64,000 bases of DNA from an uncultured Pseudomonadota bacterium. Its GTDB lineage: Bacteria > Pseudomonadota > Alphaproteobacteria > Rs-D84. Shown here one piece after another: positions 1 through 9,112 of the stretch (position 1 is its first letter; each line of letters opens with the position of its first letter). The position numbers were made by a program, and so were the translations under genes. The notes below the pieces were generated by a model, which was not told where the DNA came from, ran no database searches, and worked only from the letters and a program-made list of their open reading frames with translations. The stretch covers positions 23,640 through 87,639 of the forward strand of contig CAMOGA010000001.1 of NCBI GenBank assembly GCA_946613885.1, written 5' to 3'.

Positions 1-263
1 TTATCCGCCGCATTACCAGCCGTGGTCGCAACTTTGTTAATTGCTTTTATCGCTTGGTTATATGCACCTTTAACATAACCAGCCGTAGCAAGGTTAGTAT
101 CATCGGTAGCCGCACTTTGAGCCAATGCCCATCCTGGACCAGTACTTGCCGCAGTGGCAGGATCAGCAGCAGTAGGATCAGCCACAGCATAATCTGTAGC
201 ATTTGCCGCCATTGGCAATATCGCCAACGCCGCGATAACTGATATATTTAATAATTTTTTCAT
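1..263 (-). CDS. Small secreted protein, partial: start codon at 261-263 and the frame is still open at window position 1. Begins MKKLLNISVIAALAILPMAANA. It resembles the N-terminal region of the next gene (353..1012).
   Basis: Manual translation of the minus strand. Hydrophobic signal peptide. The shared pattern T-L-x-T-x-YV...KVAT...N with the 353..1012 product suggests paralogy. Missing from the ORF track because no stop lies inside the window. Confidence 0.5.
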   Translation of the reverse strand, partial: MKKLLNISVIAALAILPMAANATDYAVADPTAADPATAASTGPGWALAQSAATDDTNLATAGYVKGAYNQAIKAINKVATTAGNAAD

Positions 264-352
264 TTCTTTTTCTCCTGGTTTTGTTTTTTTATTCCGTTTG
301 CATTATATCATAAAAAATTTATTTTTTTAACAACATAATGCTTTGTTTATGT

Positions 353-1012
353 TTATGGTGCAGCATTTAAAACACTTGCATTCCATGTATTCACGATTGG
401 TAATTCTTCCAAAGTACCGTCTTTGAATATATACGTTTTTCCATCATTGGTTGATGGTGCGCCATTCAAACTGATTGTTGCCGGATCACCCGTATTAGCC
501 CCAGGTGTCACAGAAATACCCTTACCTGCGGTATATACAATACTAGATTCTTCCAAATCATTTACTCTCTTGACTAACCCACTCGAGGCATCACCAACAG
601 TTGTTTTCAAAGTCGTGACATCGCCTTGCAAATCGTCAACATCTTTGACTAAACCATTTGTTGAATCACCAACAGTGCCTTTCAAATCGTCAACATCTTT
701 GACTAAACCATCTGTTGAATCACCAACAGTGCCTTTCAAATCGTCAACATCTTTGACTAAACCATCTGTTGAATCACCAACCGCTGTTTTCAAATCAGCA
801 ACATCTTTGACCAAACCGCCAGTTGAGTCACCAACCGCTGTTTGCAAATCTTTAACTGCACCATTTTCAGCGCCAGTTGCAACCTTATACACCTCACGCA
901 AACCGCTGTCAACATAGTTTTTTGTCGTCAATGTTGTATTATCATCTGCGAACGCGGCAGATGAAGCCATCAACACTGATGCCATAAAACCCGAAAACAC
1001 TATTTTTTTCAT
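353..1012 (-). CDS. Secreted protein with an internal array of about 5 tandem 18-aa repeats (GTVGDSTDGLVKDVDDLK). Possible fibrous or adhesin-like surface protein.
   Basis: ORF of 219 aa with an N-terminal signal peptide (MKKIVFSGFMASVLMASSAAFA). Perfect or near-perfect 54-nt tandem repeats are visible in the DNA. The antisense ORF 423..917 is an artefact of those repeats. Confidence 0.7.
   Translation of the reverse strand: MKKIVFSGFMASVLMASSAAFADDNTTLTTKNYVDSGLREVYKVATGAENGAVKDLQTAVGDSTGGLVKDVADLKTAVGDSTDGLVKDVDDLKGTVGDSTDGLVKDVDDLKGTVGDSTNGLVKDVDDLQGDVTTLKTTVGDASSGLVKRVNDLEESSIVYTAGKGISVTPGANTGDPATISLNGAPSTNDGKTYIFKDGTLEELPIVNTWNASVLNAAP
575..845. repeat. Tandem array of 54-bp coding repeats, about 5 copies, inside CDS 353..1012.
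   Basis: Direct visual repetition of tcaccaacagtgcctttcaaatcgtcaacatctttgactaaaccatctgttgaa with minor variants; the period is 54 nt, or 18 codons. Confidence 0.75.
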
Positions 1013-1046
1013 GACCTTTCCCTCTTTTGTTATTTTTCCTTTTGTG

Positions 1047-1796
1047 TTATCTTAACACATCAGGGTTAAACTCGTCAACAATAGAAACATATTTACGTTC
1101 GCCATCTGCCGCATCGTAAATTGTATCAACATCTTGACCGGTTATATTTTCCACAACATTTTGCACGTGTTGGGTGACAAACTGTTGTGTTTCGTTTTTT
1201 GTATAAACTTCGTCTTTTGTGTAATAATTGCTGGTTATGTTGGCAATATCAACCTTTTCATTTAATTGTTCGTTGATATCGGCAACAGCATCCGGCAATT
1301 CTTGAATTTCTGTGGAAACACTGATTACATTATTTTCAATTTCTATTCCCCCTCCTGCTGATAAGTTATCTTGTTTTGTTTTTTCTAATTGAATCACTCT
1401 ATCGGTCAAATTGACAAAATCATCGCTAGAAACCTGGGGTTCAGTGGTATTTCCAATTGGTTTTATATATCCACTGTTCACACCAGATGTATGAATATAT
1501 TTTCCAACCGTCAAACGTCTGTCGTCAATATTTGACCCAGATTTATCGGCTGTTTTCGTTGGTTTTGCAACATTGGCCGGCTTAACCGCCGTTCCCAATG
1601 TCCGAATCGAAGACGTTCTTGATAAATTTGATGAATTTAAAGAGGCATTTTTCGGTGTCGCAACATTGTTATTTTGAACATAATTATTATTCGCCACACC
1701 CAATCTTTTTACAGCAGGAACAGCCCACGCAGTGTGCGCAAAACCGCCCACCGACAGCAACGCAATCAATGAAAAACATACATTGCGATAAAACAT
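1047..1796 (-). CDS. Secreted hypothetical protein, 249 aa.
   Basis: Signal peptide (MFYRNVCFSLIALLSVGGFAHTAWA). Same strand as, and adjacent to, the two upstream secreted proteins. No recognisable catalytic motif. Confidence 0.55.
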   Translation of the reverse strand: MFYRNVCFSLIALLSVGGFAHTAWAVPAVKRLGVANNNYVQNNNVATPKNASLNSSNLSRTSSIRTLGTAVKPANVAKPTKTADKSGSNIDDRRLTVGKYIHTSGVNSGYIKPIGNTTEPQVSSDDFVNLTDRVIQLEKTKQDNLSAGGGIEIENNVISVSTEIQELPDAVADINEQLNEKVDIANITSNYYTKDEVYTKNETQQFVTQHVQNVVENITGQDVDTIYDAADGERKYVSIVDEFNPDVLR

Positions 1797-1974
1797 CTAC
1801 TCAGGTTTCCTTTGTTCACATTATACCATATCATTATGAAAATACAAAAATTTTTTTATCAAAACACATAAAAAATTCAAAAAAATTTCTTGACTTGTGA
1901 TATTCTGGGAAAATTCAATATAAAAAAAACAGACGACCAAAATGGTCGTCTTGTATTTGCATATTCACCCAATA

Positions 1975-2547
1975 TTATGCCGCACGTTCGCGCATCCGTT
2001 GTTGCAACATCATTTGTTGCATAATTTGTTGCATATTCAACGTTGCAGTACTAAATTTCTGGGCGGTTGGATTCTGTTTTATCACCTGATTTGTATCAGG
2101 CATATATTTTTGATACAGCATATCCAACGCAGGTTTTGATTCTTTGACACTTCTGGTTCCGTAATCAATAAAATCCTGTTTTAACCGTGGGGACAACATC
2201 ATATTAGAATTTGGATTCGTCATTATAGATTTTGCCATATTACGCCGAAAATCACGATGGAATTTGATTAATTCTTGGTTCATTGGATGATTAGCAATCT
2301 TTGCCTTGCCCATAACAAAGCCATCCATTTGCTCCAATGCCTTTTGCCATGCGCCACCCAATGTTTTTCCATTACCCCAATTAATTGAAACCAAACCAAA
2401 ATACATTGCAACGTAATCTGATTTCATTTTTTTTATTTCTGATGGGGATAATTTTTTCTGTTTTGAATCAACCATACCACCCATCATAACGATTTGTTGT
2501 TGCTGAAAACTTAAATTTTGCACATTATTATTAACTTCATTTATCAT
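1975..2547 (-). CDS. Hypothetical protein, Gln/Met-rich, with no signal peptide.
   Basis: ORF 1975..2613 on the minus strand. Start placed at ATG 2545-2547 because AAAGGGG lies 7 nt upstream; the first in-frame ATG at 2613 has no Shine-Dalgarno sequence. Confidence 0.45.
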   Translation of the reverse strand: MINEVNNNVQNLSFQQQQIVMMGGMVDSKQKKLSPSEIKKMKSDYVAMYFGLVSINWGNGKTLGGAWQKALEQMDGFVMGKAKIANHPMNQELIKFHRDFRRNMAKSIMTNPNSNMMLSPRLKQDFIDYGTRSVKESKPALDMLYQKYMPDTNQVIKQNPTAQKFSTATLNMQQIMQQMMLQQRMRERAA

Positions 2548-2818
2548 GGCGCACCCCTTTGGTTTATTGGGATTCTTCACCCACACACATAATATATAGG
2601 ACGCGTTTGACATATTTCAAGTATCTTGTCAAGCCAATTTATATTTTGACACGCACGCACAAAAGTATAACAATATACACGTTATATCGCAAAGCATACT
2701 GTTGCCAATAATGGGCGGTATGGATATAACACCAATCTTGCCAATAATGGGGGTTGGTTATTTCATCAATCCCCTGTCATTAAAACTGTGGGGGATAAAA
2801 CAACAAAGGAGTAAACGG

Positions 2819-3835
2819 ATGAAAAAATCTTTGAAATATTTGGTTGTTGCGGCGGCATCTGTTGTTTCAACCGGCGCGTTTGCAGCATCAAATATGGAAA
2901 ATCCGCTGTATATGCCTGTGAATAGAGAGGTTTATTTAAAAACAGGTGCGGCGGTTATGTATAAACAGGCCGATCATACAATTGCGTTGAAAACACGTGG
3001 TTTGGACGGTAAAGAAGAATTTCCAGTATGGCGTTTTACCGGTGATATGGGTTATGGTATTACAGACCGGTTGGCGTTAATCGGACGTTTTGGCTATACA
3101 CACGATGATGATATTGACCGCAAAGGTATGCATCGTGGTCGTATCGGCGCAATGTACCGCGTTTTGGATAATGAACAACCAATCGTTTTAGATTTGTATT
3201 CCGAAGTGTTCTTGTCTGGTATTTCACAAATGAAAGGAACTTATACACCACTTGGATTCAAATTTGATAACTATTCAAATGGTCGTTATGGAATAATTGT
3301 TGGAACACGTTTTGGAAAAACATGGGACGATTTTACATTGGCTGCACACGTTGAATATTTGCAAACGTTTGGCAACCACAACAACAAAATCGCGATTGAC
3401 CCATCTTTCCCATGGGCACCATTGTTCCCAGATGAATTATCTGTGAATATCAAGGGCAATCATGAAACATGTTTTGGATTTGATGGTATGTATCAATTCA
3501 GTTCAAATTGGTCAATTGGTGCTGGATTTGAATACTATGAACACCATGACAACAGCGTAAAAAGCATCCACACAAAATTGCCAGATGTATCTGCAATGGG
3601 ACCTATGGCGGTTGGAACACAAAATACTGTTAAACAGGCATTATTGGCTGTAACCGACGATATGAAAGACGGTTGGGATGAATATGTCGTCAAATTAAAT
3701 GTGGCAAACCAATTAAGCGACTCAATGCAATTGGCTGTGTTTACAGAATACACATTTGATGATTCTCATTCCATGTCTCAAAATGGAACAGATGTAAAAT
3801 TAGAAGCCGGTGTTCGTTTCAACGCACGTTTCTAA
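2819..3835 (+). CDS. Outer membrane beta-barrel protein, porin- or OmpA-like, with a C-terminal ...RFNARF.
   Basis: AAGGAG Shine-Dalgarno sequence 7 nt upstream of ATG 2819. Signal peptide MKKSLKYLVVAAASVVSTGAFA. Alternating hydrophobic pattern and a terminal Phe typical of BamA-dependent outer membrane proteins. The ORF-track start at 2702 is an upstream in-frame extension. Confidence 0.65.
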   Translation: MKKSLKYLVVAAASVVSTGAFAASNMENPLYMPVNREVYLKTGAAVMYKQADHTIALKTRGLDGKEEFPVWRFTGDMGYGITDRLALIGRFGYTHDDDIDRKGMHRGRIGAMYRVLDNEQPIVLDLYSEVFLSGISQMKGTYTPLGFKFDNYSNGRYGIIVGTRFGKTWDDFTLAAHVEYLQTFGNHNNKIAIDPSFPWAPLFPDELSVNIKGNHETCFGFDGMYQFSSNWSIGAGFEYYEHHDNSVKSIHTKLPDVSAMGPMAVGTQNTVKQALLAVTDDMKDGWDEYVVKLNVANQLSDSMQLAVFTEYTFDDSHSMSQNGTDVKLEAGVRFNARF

Positions 3836-3979
3836 ACTTTACAAAAAAAATTAACTTATATTGGACAATTTGCACCCATTTTTTGGGTGCATTTCATTTT
3901 TTTTGTTTTTTTCGTTTTTTAACACTTTTTTTAGACCCAATTTTATGATATAATACACGCAAAGGGATTCTGAAAAAAG

Positions 3980-5116
3980 ATGAGAAAGACCAGTTTTCTT
4001 GCGGCACTGACAGGATTAGCATCCATGACACCGTTCATGGCTGATGCGGCATATCCTGTATATAACCCACAACAATTGGCACGTCAGGGTTATGTTGTTA
4101 ACACGCAATATTATCAACCACAATACAATATGCAACAAATGCCAGGGCGCACAAATATTACCCCACAACAAATTGCTATGGTAAACGGTCGTCCAAATAA
4201 CGTTGGTGCAACAAATCCGAATCGTATCACTGGTGCGTTGCCGCGCGTTGGTTCATCTGCAACAAATGCTGGCCGTCAATATTATCAATCTGCTGATTAC
4301 GACAGATTGGCAGAAAGTGGTTTATACATCGGTTTATCTGCCGCATACAGTACCGCAATCAGTGGTGATATGTCCGCGGACTATTCTGGCGAAAACAATT
4401 CATTTTTTGCACCGGGGTCTTTCCGTGCATCGGGTATAAAATCTGACAGTGTAATTCCATTACAGGTTTCGGTTGGTGCCGCGATTAACAGTGATATTCG
4501 TGTAGATTTTTCATATTTACGGTATTCTGGTATGTCATATGCTGACAATATCCAAACATCCACAGGCGACGGTTTTGTTGATGCAACGGTATCTGGTGGT
4601 GCGATTACGTCCAATTCAACAATGTTAAACGTTTATTACAACATCGATTCATTTACTGGAAATGTTGCAGGCGGCTCTTTACGTCCATACGTTGGTGCCG
4701 GTGTTGGTTTGGCATTAAACACAATCGCAGATTATGTCGTGTTTGATGATTCTTTTTATGATGAAACCGGTGATTTAGGACCTGGCAGTGTTGAACCCGG
4801 CGGATTAACCGCGATTTCCGATGTTTATGGATATCACAACGGTGGCACAATGGAACAACTGGCTTTTCAATTAGAGGCCGGACTTACAACATCTATGAAC
4901 GATGGATTAAAATTGGACTTTTTTGTTCGTTATGCCAATTTGGGTAAAGTAAAAACATCTGGCTCTATCGTTGTTTCGCAAACAGAATGGTTAAGTGATG
5001 GTGCCGGTGATGAATACGAGGCACCGTATGACAGTGTTTTCCATTATACTAATTGGACAGAAAGTGGACGTTTAAGCAGTTTGGATGTTGGTGTCAGATT
5101 AAGATTAGAATTTTAA
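3980..5116 (+). CDS. Outer membrane beta-barrel protein, hypothetical, with a C-terminal ...RLRLEF.
   Basis: Signal peptide. Gly/Ser/Tyr-rich amphipathic strands. Terminal Phe motif. Confidence 0.6.
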   Translation: MRKTSFLAALTGLASMTPFMADAAYPVYNPQQLARQGYVVNTQYYQPQYNMQQMPGRTNITPQQIAMVNGRPNNVGATNPNRITGALPRVGSSATNAGRQYYQSADYDRLAESGLYIGLSAAYSTAISGDMSADYSGENNSFFAPGSFRASGIKSDSVIPLQVSVGAAINSDIRVDFSYLRYSGMSYADNIQTSTGDGFVDATVSGGAITSNSTMLNVYYNIDSFTGNVAGGSLRPYVGAGVGLALNTIADYVVFDDSFYDETGDLGPGSVEPGGLTAISDVYGYHNGGTMEQLAFQLEAGLTTSMNDGLKLDFFVRYANLGKVKTSGSIVVSQTEWLSDGAGDEYEAPYDSVFHYTNWTESGRLSSLDVGVRLRLEF

Positions 5117-5131
5117 TAAAACAACACAAAA

Positions 5132-6853
5132 ATGAACAAAAAAATTTGTAAAATATCTTTGTTTTCTATGATTTTGGCAGCTGTCGCAACAATGCCATCG
5201 GATGCCGCAATCAAAAACAAAAATGCCAATCGTTCATATGCAGGTGCATATCAACAGGTAAACGCCATGCGTTATGCCCAAGAATACGCAGATGCCACCG
5301 CCACAAATGCCACAACAGCCAGTGCAACGGACAATTTGCCTGTTGCTGTGGATGATGAAAAATTGGCACACGCAATCATAAATAACGAAGCCGACGCCCC
5401 AGATATTTCACAACTGGAATCATGTTCAATGATTTATCCAAACGGCGTATTTAAATGGGCAGTCCCAGAATCTGGTATTCGTAAAAATTCCACCCCACAA
5501 TGCGTTGCGGTTGTTGAATTAATGGATGCAAACACCAATACAGTTTTGGCAACAACGACTGTCGCAGCCGGCGATTCGATGAAATGTAATATTGATTCTT
5601 TTCCTAAATCTGGAATATCACATGCCGTATTAAATGGTCAAATTGAATTGCCTGCGGACGAGGCACCAACAATCGAAGATGTGACCGCTATTATGAACGA
5701 AGAACAAAAACAAAACGCGGGATTAAAAATCATTGCCGCCGCATTGGTCAGCGGGGTTGCAGGAAATTTATTGGCTCCAAAAGAGGCAGGAAAATCAAAC
5801 GGTAAAATTCCACTAGGAACCGGAAAAACACAATTAAAAGACACTGCAATTGCCGCAACAGCCGGCGCAGGCATCATGGCGGCCAGCACCTTTTCTGGCA
5901 AAGTTGCGGGCGACACAATTAAATCAACCGCTGTAAATGCTGCATCTGGGATGCTTGTTGGAAATATGTTGGCTGCAACCGGCGGTGGCGGTGTTTTGGC
6001 AACAACAAAATGTTCTGTTAATGGGACTGAATATGACTGTGTTATGGGGGATTATAATGTCGTTGGTAAGTCAATAGAAATAAATAAAGATAATACATAT
6101 ATAATCAATGAACAAGATGAAATAAAAGAGTGCAAAAAAAACTCAGAAGGAAAAATAGAATGTGACCCATTCTCCAAAAAAATAACAAATATTATAATCA
6201 AGGCAGAAGCAAACTCTGGAAACGACACAGAAATGAAAGAGATTAAAGGCAAGAGAGACCAGATACAAAAAGATATGATGCGTTGGTGTAAAAACGAGGA
6301 TGAATGGAAAAAATGTGGACAAAACGATAATGTAAATGTTTTTTATGAAATTGCAACACATCAGTGTCCAGATGATTCTGACAAAACATGCCTAAATGCG
6401 AACGAGGTAACCCAAACCATTGGTGCGTATGCTGTCTTTGCCAACGGAACATTAGATAAAAAATCGGGGTATAAAGAATGGTCTGAAATTTCTAATAAAA
6501 ACCACACCTATTGGAGACGTAATCTTGATGGCACTGTTTATACACAAATAACAGAATCAGAATCCAAGGGTCAATTTGAACCAAAAACCCGCAAAGCATC
6601 TGATGGCGGCCTGATTGATTTATCAAACCAGGCACGTATCAAAGGAACTGTTGCCGGCGGGGCGACTGGGGCTGCGTTGGGTGGATTTGCCGGATATCAG
6701 GGGGCAAAAGATGAAATTTCCCAACGGTGGCTTGCTGCACGCCAAGAATATGACGATTCTTTATTAGGTTTTGTATGTGTGACGGGTGCACGTTATTTGG
6801 AACCATACAACAATTACGTTGCCATCCCAGAACCAGGGAAAACAGAACAATAA
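5132..6853 (+). CDS. Secreted Cys-rich protein with a central Gly/Ala small-residue (glycine-zipper-like) segment.
   Basis: Signal peptide MNKKICKISLFSMILAAVATMPSDA. A central region AAALVSGVAGNLLA...ATAGAGIMAAS...AASGMLVGNMLAATGGGGVLATT resembles the motifs in the 12614/15652 paralogs. Many Cys in the C-terminal half. Confidence 0.55.
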   Translation: MNKKICKISLFSMILAAVATMPSDAAIKNKNANRSYAGAYQQVNAMRYAQEYADATATNATTASATDNLPVAVDDEKLAHAIINNEADAPDISQLESCSMIYPNGVFKWAVPESGIRKNSTPQCVAVVELMDANTNTVLATTTVAAGDSMKCNIDSFPKSGISHAVLNGQIELPADEAPTIEDVTAIMNEEQKQNAGLKIIAAALVSGVAGNLLAPKEAGKSNGKIPLGTGKTQLKDTAIAATAGAGIMAASTFSGKVAGDTIKSTAVNAASGMLVGNMLAATGGGGVLATTKCSVNGTEYDCVMGDYNVVGKSIEINKDNTYIINEQDEIKECKKNSEGKIECDPFSKKITNIIIKAEANSGNDTEMKEIKGKRDQIQKDMMRWCKNEDEWKKCGQNDNVNVFYEIATHQCPDDSDKTCLNANEVTQTIGAYAVFANGTLDKKSGYKEWSEISNKNHTYWRRNLDGTVYTQITESESKGQFEPKTRKASDGGLIDLSNQARIKGTVAGGATGAALGGFAGYQGAKDEISQRWLAARQEYDDSLLGFVCVTGARYLEPYNNYVAIPEPGKTEQ

Positions 6854-6879
6854 AAAAAACGCCAAACGGCGTTTTTTTA
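6852..6879. terminator. Bidirectional rho-independent terminator between convergent genes.
   Basis: aaaaaacgcc-aaac-ggcgttttttt: a GC stem with A and T tracts on both sides. Confidence 0.7.
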
Positions 6880-6880
6880 A

Positions 6881-8125
6881 TTATTTATGTTTATACGCCA
6901 AAACCAACGGCACCACTTTATCACGATATTGCATTGGTATTTTTTCAATTGGAATCAACAAAGAATTACCCTGACCCGCAGACATCTTTGGCAATACATC
7001 ACCAGATTTAGCGTTTATAATCGTATCCAAACGCACAGAAATTTTATCTGTGGTTAATGGTAATATAAAATTAATAACATCACCCTGCTTTATCTCGTTA
7101 CGCAATTCCAGTGTAATATTTTTATCGTCTATGTTTGTTATAACACCCGCCGCATGATATTCAGAATTTGAATGTGTCGATTCGTAATCATGTGCATCTG
7201 GTGGTAATGGCCCATCAAAAAATGCGGTTGTATATCCACGTGTTTCCAATAAATTCAAATCATCCATAAACGGTTGCGGATTAAAATGTTCAGGGTCACG
7301 TGCATACGCATCCAGCGCATTACGATACGCACGCGTCACAGAACCAACATAATATTCACTGCGATTACGTCCTTCGATTTTAAGTGTATCTGGATGCGAT
7401 TCGATTACTTCTGCCAAACGCGGCATTAAACATAAATCTTTGCTGTTCATGATATACGCACCGCGTTCATCTTCTTCGATTGGCATTTCAACCCCAGATT
7501 GTTTTTCACGTAAAATCACATCGTATTTCCAACGGCACAATTGCGCGCATGCGCCACGATTGGCAGGACGACCCGTGATATAATTTGATAACAAACAACG
7601 GCCTGAATAAGACATACACATCGCACCATGAACAAATATTTCCAAACCAATATCAGGACACTGTTCACGTATCGATTTAAATTCATTATGTGAAACCTCG
7701 CGTGCCAGAACACATTGAACCGCACCCGCCTGTTGCCAGAATTTAACAGTAGATGCCGAACAAATATTTGCCTGGGTTGAAATATGAATCGGAATATCTG
7801 GATGATGTTCACGCACCCACATTAACACCCCTGCATCAGATATAATCAACGCATCAGGTTTCAAATAATTCAAAACCTCGCTAACACGCCCCATATTTGC
7901 ATAATCCCTATCATGTGCGAACAAATTAAACGCCAAATAAACACGTTTACCATGTTGATGCGCAAAATCGATACCCTGCTTTACTTCATCTACTGTAATT
8001 TTTGCACGCGCACGCATTGAAAAACCGGGCAATCCGGCATAAATTGCATCTGCACCATACAGGATAGCCGTTTTAAACGCATCCAATGTTCCTGCTGGGG
8101 CTAAAAGTTCTGGTAATTTAATCAT
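6881..8125 (-). CDS. Peptidase U32 family protein (YegQ/YhbU/TrhP-like).
   Basis: The N-terminus MIKLPELLAPAGTLDAFKTAILYGADAIYAG is characteristic of U32 peptidases. Length 414 aa, with Cys-rich motifs in the central region. Confidence 0.8.
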   Translation of the reverse strand: MIKLPELLAPAGTLDAFKTAILYGADAIYAGLPGFSMRARAKITVDEVKQGIDFAHQHGKRVYLAFNLFAHDRDYANMGRVSEVLNYLKPDALIISDAGVLMWVREHHPDIPIHISTQANICSASTVKFWQQAGAVQCVLAREVSHNEFKSIREQCPDIGLEIFVHGAMCMSYSGRCLLSNYITGRPANRGACAQLCRWKYDVILREKQSGVEMPIEEDERGAYIMNSKDLCLMPRLAEVIESHPDTLKIEGRNRSEYYVGSVTRAYRNALDAYARDPEHFNPQPFMDDLNLLETRGYTTAFFDGPLPPDAHDYESTHSNSEYHAAGVITNIDDKNITLELRNEIKQGDVINFILPLTTDKISVRLDTIINAKSGDVLPKMSAGQGNSLLIPIEKIPMQYRDKVVPLVLAYKHK

Positions 8126-8187
8126 GCGATGTATTGTATCAATGATTTTTGCAATTTCAATATTAAAAAACGGGCATTTGCCCGTTT

Positions 8188-8730
8188 TTACAACATTTTT
8201 ATAACATCTAATGCTTGAACTATTGCTTCATTCTGCTGTTCAAATTCATTTTTTAATTTCTTTCCAATTATTGCTTTTTGGGTCGCCTTTTTTAATGCTT
8301 CTTTCTTTAATGTTTGTTCTCTTGCTTTGTTGATGATTATATTGTATAACTTTTTTGCCATAGTAAATCTGTTTGCTCGCAATTCAGATGTTGCACCTTG
8401 TGCATCGTGTAATTCACAATTCAAAAACAACAGTTTTTTTCCGGTTTTATCCATAATTGTCATATCTACGATTTCACTTATATCCGTTACATCTTTTATA
8501 ATCTCGCTTCGTGAACGATCGCCATATACCGGATTTGTCTCTTTAACATCATCTTCGTGGAAAGACATTTTAATATCCAAAGTGTCAAATCGAAATATTA
8601 AACGAACCAATTTTTTTCTCCTAGGAGCAATCGGTGCATTAGATATATGTATTTTTTCAGATTCTTGGACTTTTTTAATCAGTGTAGAAAAAAATTCTTT
8701 TTCAGCCATAATATTGTCTTGCGATAACAT
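8188..8730 (-). CDS. Hypothetical protein, 180 aa, charged, with no signal peptide.
   Basis: AAGGAAG Shine-Dalgarno sequence upstream of ATG 8730. No recognisable motif. Confidence 0.45.
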   Translation of the reverse strand: MLSQDNIMAEKEFFSTLIKKVQESEKIHISNAPIAPRRKKLVRLIFRFDTLDIKMSFHEDDVKETNPVYGDRSRSEIIKDVTDISEIVDMTIMDKTGKKLLFLNCELHDAQGATSELRANRFTMAKKLYNIIINKAREQTLKKEALKKATQKAIIGKKLKNEFEQQNEAIVQALDVIKML

Positions 8731-8856
8731 TTTACTTCCTTTTATTCTTTAACAACATATTATGTATTATATCATATATATAAAAAAAAAAAAAACAATA
8801 TTTCCGAAAAAAACTCTTGATTTTATGAAACAAAACATATAATATAATCTCACATC

Positions 8857-8932
8857 GCCAGTTTAGCTCAGCTGGTAGAGCATCTGATTTGTAATCAGAG
8901 GGTCGTTGGTTCAAGTCCGACAACTGGCACCA
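8857..8932 (+). tRNA. tRNA-Thr (anticodon UGU).
   Basis: Manual cloverleaf: acceptor GCCAGTT/AACTGGC, anticodon stem TCTGA/TCAGA with loop TTTGTAA, T-arm GTTGG-TTCAAGT-CCGAC, genomic CCA, short variable loop. A misregistered anticodon stem would give GTA (Tyr), but Tyr requires a long variable arm, which is absent. Confidence 0.85.
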
Positions 8933-8938
8933 GAATAA

Positions 8939-8962
8939 CCGCAGAAATCTGCGGTTTTTTTA
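8939..8962 (+). terminator. Rho-independent terminator after tRNA-Thr.
   Basis: ccgcag-aaat-ctgcgg followed by ttttttt. Confidence 0.7.
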
Positions 8963-9112
8963 TTATTTTTACTTATTACACTATGTTATAATATTATTAC
9001 ACCTTGTTATATTTTCGCCTTTTTTATCTTTTTTTACACAAAATCTGCACAATATATAAAAAATATTGACAAATACATTATTTCGTGTTAAATATATTCA
9101 AACAAATTATTT

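Noticed and set aside
575-845. Possible CRISPR-like regular repeats.
   Set aside because: The repeats are contiguous with no spacers, they lie in-frame within a CDS, and no cas genes are nearby.
423-917. Plus-strand ORF of 164 aa with internal repeats.
   Set aside because: It is antisense to the minus-strand repeat protein gene. Its own repeats (KSSTSLTKPSVESPTVPF) are the mirror image of the 54-bp coding repeats. It has no signal of its own.
2702-2818. Upstream in-frame extensions of ORFs (2702, 17454, 22568, 28063, 52496, 59281).
   Set aside because: Internal ATGs are preceded by good Shine-Dalgarno sequences and followed directly by signal peptides or conserved N-termini. The extensions are hydrophobic or low-complexity, or they start with GTG or TTG.
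8732-8923. Minus-strand ORF of 63 aa.
   Set aside because: It overlaps the tRNA-Thr gene and the AT-rich promoter region, and has no Shine-Dalgarno sequence. Spurious.
8857-8932. The tRNA initially read as tRNA-Tyr (GTA).
   Set aside because: With the anticodon stem correctly registered (TCTGA/TCAGA) the anticodon is TGT (Thr). Tyr would require a long variable arm, which is absent.
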